Origin: Candidatus Latescibacterota bacterium
Lineage (GTDB): Bacteria > Latescibacterota > UBA2968 > GCA-2709665
DNA: 64,000 nt
Direction: 5' to 3'
Assembly (NCBI GenBank): GCA_965226795.1
Contig: CBDDDZ010000005.1
Span: 32,001 to 96,000 of the forward strand
Below, in pieces: positions 61,725 through 64,000 of this stretch. Numbering within the stretch: the stretch's first letter is position 1; each line of letters begins with the position of its first letter. Under the pieces are notes generated by a model. That model searched no databases, was not told the DNA's origin, and worked only from the letters and a program-made list of their open reading frames with translations. A program made the position numbers and the translations under genes.

Positions 61725-62596
61725 TCATGCTGGTTCATGGTTTTTCAGATAGAGAACCCGTAACTCGCGGCCCGTGATAGCGACTTCCTCTACTTCTTCA
61801 TCACAGTAAAATCTGTAACGCCCGCCGACCTCCAAACCATCGAGACTGGGCCCCCCTCCCTTAACCTTGCCCCAACGCTTTCCTTCGTTCGTGAGCAATC
61901 CCCAGGAGCCGTTTCCACGGTTAAATCTCTCGAAGGTTCCCTCCAGCGTTATTGATTCACTTCCCAGATTAGTAACACTCGAAAGTGCTTCTATTAGCAG
62001 GCCTGCCTCGGACTGCGATACTGCGCGGTTGCTTGGGCGTTCTGATTTCGGTTCGGCCCACGAGTAGCGCAGCCCCGTTTCTCGTTCAACCAAAAAACGC
62101 AAGAGCTTCAGATATGTCCCTGCCAGGTGCCCACGTTGTTCCTTTACGGTGAGAAGTGTTTTCTCAGGGTTCGCAGTGTCCTCAAATAGCACATCGATTC
62201 GTCGTAGTGCTCTAGCAAGTTTACTGCCTCCGAAAAAATCCGGCATACTCGCTGCTTCAAGAACAATCTGAAATGATCCGGCTGCCGCTGGTACAACGAC
62301 ATCCATCATGTCTTCATCCGGCTGCCGATAGCGAGGATCATCTCCCTTCATTTCTGTTCTGTAAGCGTATTTGACCATGCCCTGAACGAGATTCAACATC
62401 TCTGCGAGCGTATTCGCACGGATACGATGTTGCGTCGTCGCCTCTGGTGGCTCTGCGACGACCTCAAGTACGAGGTTGTTGCGTTCCCGTGCTTCCCTGA
62501 GCACAGAATCGTCTGAAGAGCGGTCGTGTAACACAAAACCAGCATCTGGAAGAAATCCACTATCCATGAGGGTAGTAGACAGATTATTAAGCACTA
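61725..62596 (-). pseudogene. 3' part of a hypothetical gene interrupted by IS630
   Basis: Joins in frame with 63755-64000 when the IS and one TA are removed: ...DLDHPL|VLNNLSTTLMDSGFLPD. Confidence 0.88.
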
Positions 62597-63754
62597 GTAC
62601 TTAGTTGGTTAAATTAGAGTATTTATTTTCAAGGGATTTCGGTGTGACCTTTGTAGCCTTCCACTGGAAGGGGTGGGCGTTCTCGTTATAGGCGTCAATG
62701 AAGTGGTCGATGGCACAACGGAGGTCGCGAATCGAGGAGAAGGAGCCGCCTTTGAGTGCGCTTCTCCACAGGATGCTGAACCAGATTTCGATCTGGTTGA
62801 GCCAGGACGCGTGGGTGGGCGTGTAGTAGAAGTGGACATTGTGGTTGCGGGGCAGCCATCGGTCGGTCTTGGGCTTGTGGGTGTTGAGGTTGTCCAGGAT
62901 GATGTGGAGTTCCTGATCGGGGAATTCGGCGACGAGTTCGTTCATAAAACTCAAGAATTGGCGTCGTTTACGCCGCTTGTGATGCCCGGCCTTGACCCAA
63001 CCGGTAGCGACGTTCAGTGCAGCAAACAAGGTGGAAGTGCCGTTTCTCTTGTATTCGTGATTAAAACCGGTCATCGCCTTACCGTTGGGCAGCTTGAGCC
63101 ATCCCTGCACTCGTTCCAACGCCTGGATCGCTGGCTTTTCGTCGACGCATAATACAAGCGCGTTTTCGGGAGGGTCCAGATACAACCCAACGATGGCTGC
63201 GGCCTTGGTGGCAAATTCAGGATCTGTGCTGATACACCAGCTGCGCCTTCTGGCAAGTGAGATCCCGTGGTTGCGCAACACCTGCCAGACATAGTGGACC
63301 GAAATCCCCAGATTGTTGGCCAACAGCGGGCCGGTCCAGGTTGCATAGCCCTTCGGCGGGGCTTCGTCCAAGGTCCGTAGAATGCGCTTTTCACTCGACG
63401 CGTCGTACTTGGCAGGCTTGCCAGAGCGCGGCTTGTCCAGCAACCCGGAAAGGCCCGACTCGTGAAAGCGCCGCCGCCATTTACACACCGTCGCTTCGCG
63501 TGTCCCCAGATCCCTGGCGATGTCGCGGCCCACAACACCCTGCGATGCAGAAAGAACAATCCGGGCTCTCAGCGCGAAGCGTTGTTGCGTCGTACCTGAT
63601 CGGGTCCAGCTCAACAGCGTCTGATGTTCCTCGTCATTCAATGTGATCAACGGTGCCGGGCGGCTCATAGGTGGTCTCCTCTTCACGATTGATTTGAGAA
63701 TCGTAACCTACGAGCACAAGATATATTATTTCGCTTTCTTTATCAAGTAGACAC
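62597..63754 (-). mobile_element. IS630-family insertion sequence (1158 bp), TA target duplication within CTAG
   Basis: CTAG at 62594-62597 and 63754-63757; imperfect terminal inverted repeats GTACTTAGTTGGTTAAATTAGAG / GTGTCTACTTGATAAAGAAAGCG; interrupts an ORF. Confidence 0.92.
62601..63686 (-). CDS. IS630 transposase (alternative start 63668)
   Basis: HTH region with PRSGKP; VDEK, EYKRNGT, LDNLNTH, PTHASWLNQIEIWF (DDE). Confidence 0.95.
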   Translation of the reverse strand: MKRRPPMSRPAPLITLNDEEHQTLLSWTRSGTTQQRFALRARIVLSASQGVVGRDIARDLGTREATVCKWRRRFHESGLSGLLDKPRSGKPAKYDASSEKRILRTLDEAPPKGYATWTGPLLANNLGISVHYVWQVLRNHGISLARRRSWCISTDPEFATKAAAIVGLYLDPPENALVLCVDEKPAIQALERVQGWLKLPNGKAMTGFNHEYKRNGTSTLFAALNVATGWVKAGHHKRRKRRQFLSFMNELVAEFPDQELHIILDNLNTHKPKTDRWLPRNHNVHFYYTPTHASWLNQIEIWFSILWRSALKGGSFSSIRDLRCAIDHFIDAYNENAHPFQWKATKVTPKSLENKYSNLTN

Positions 63755-64000
63755 TAGTGGATGATCCAAGTCGGTATCTACTGTCGCCAGATACCGTTCC
63801 TCTTCGTCCGATTCTATCAGCAATGACCGCAGATCGAGTGCGCCTGAACGGAATTCACGCAATTGCTCGGGAGGGACACCGGCTACGAGATAACGTTCAT
63901 TTTGATTATCAGACTCCACCATGACCGCAACATAGTGTCCACCGATCGCATCGTGGGCCTCGAAGACCTGCGGGCCATCGTAATAGAAAAGCGTCTTGGT
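63755..64000 (-). pseudogene. 5' part of the IS630-interrupted gene (start lies beyond the window)
   Basis: Open frame TKTLFYYDGPQVFEAHDAIGGHYVAV...DLDHPL; not in the ORF track. Confidence 0.85.

Overview
Bacterial chromosome segment (about 60% GC) in three zones. (1) 1-14.5 kb, all minus strand: an accessory array downstream of a selenoprotein gene that is missing from the ORF track. This gene is SelW/Rdx family, 14272-14508, with an in-frame UGA in a CxxU motif and a SECIS-like hairpin. The array holds three secreted HExxH zinc metalloproteases carrying an EF-hand/dockerin-like module (one also has 14 WD40 repeats, one has LRRs), a leader-only pseudogene, two MNT-HEPN copies, a very GC-rich phoX and a TPR lipoprotein. 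The protease genes are separated by degenerate direct repeats built from a decayed selW 3' end, a terminator hairpin, a decayed coding remnant and a promoter region. This looks like a recombination-fed cassette array. (2) 14.7-50 kb: housekeeping and catabolic genes (M32 carboxypeptidase operon, rsgA, two LolC/E-type permeases, mutY, aroC, a 7-gene catabolic cluster with a sulfatase, mtnA, rsfS, carA, pyrC, a heparinase-like lyase), with MITE/REP-like repeats between them. (3) 50.4-64 kb: a defence-island-like region with an exonuclease-RecQ-UvrD fusion, a type I HsdR carrying a C-terminal LexA/S24-type domain, two possibly homologous hypothetical proteins, pseudogenes and an IS630 that splits a gene. 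The EF-hand/WD40/LRR secreted proteins resemble those of marine (often sponge-associated) Gemmatimonadota/Latescibacterota genomes, but that is inference only. I found no rRNA, tRNA or CRISPR array by eye. All calls come from motif reading; no searches were run.
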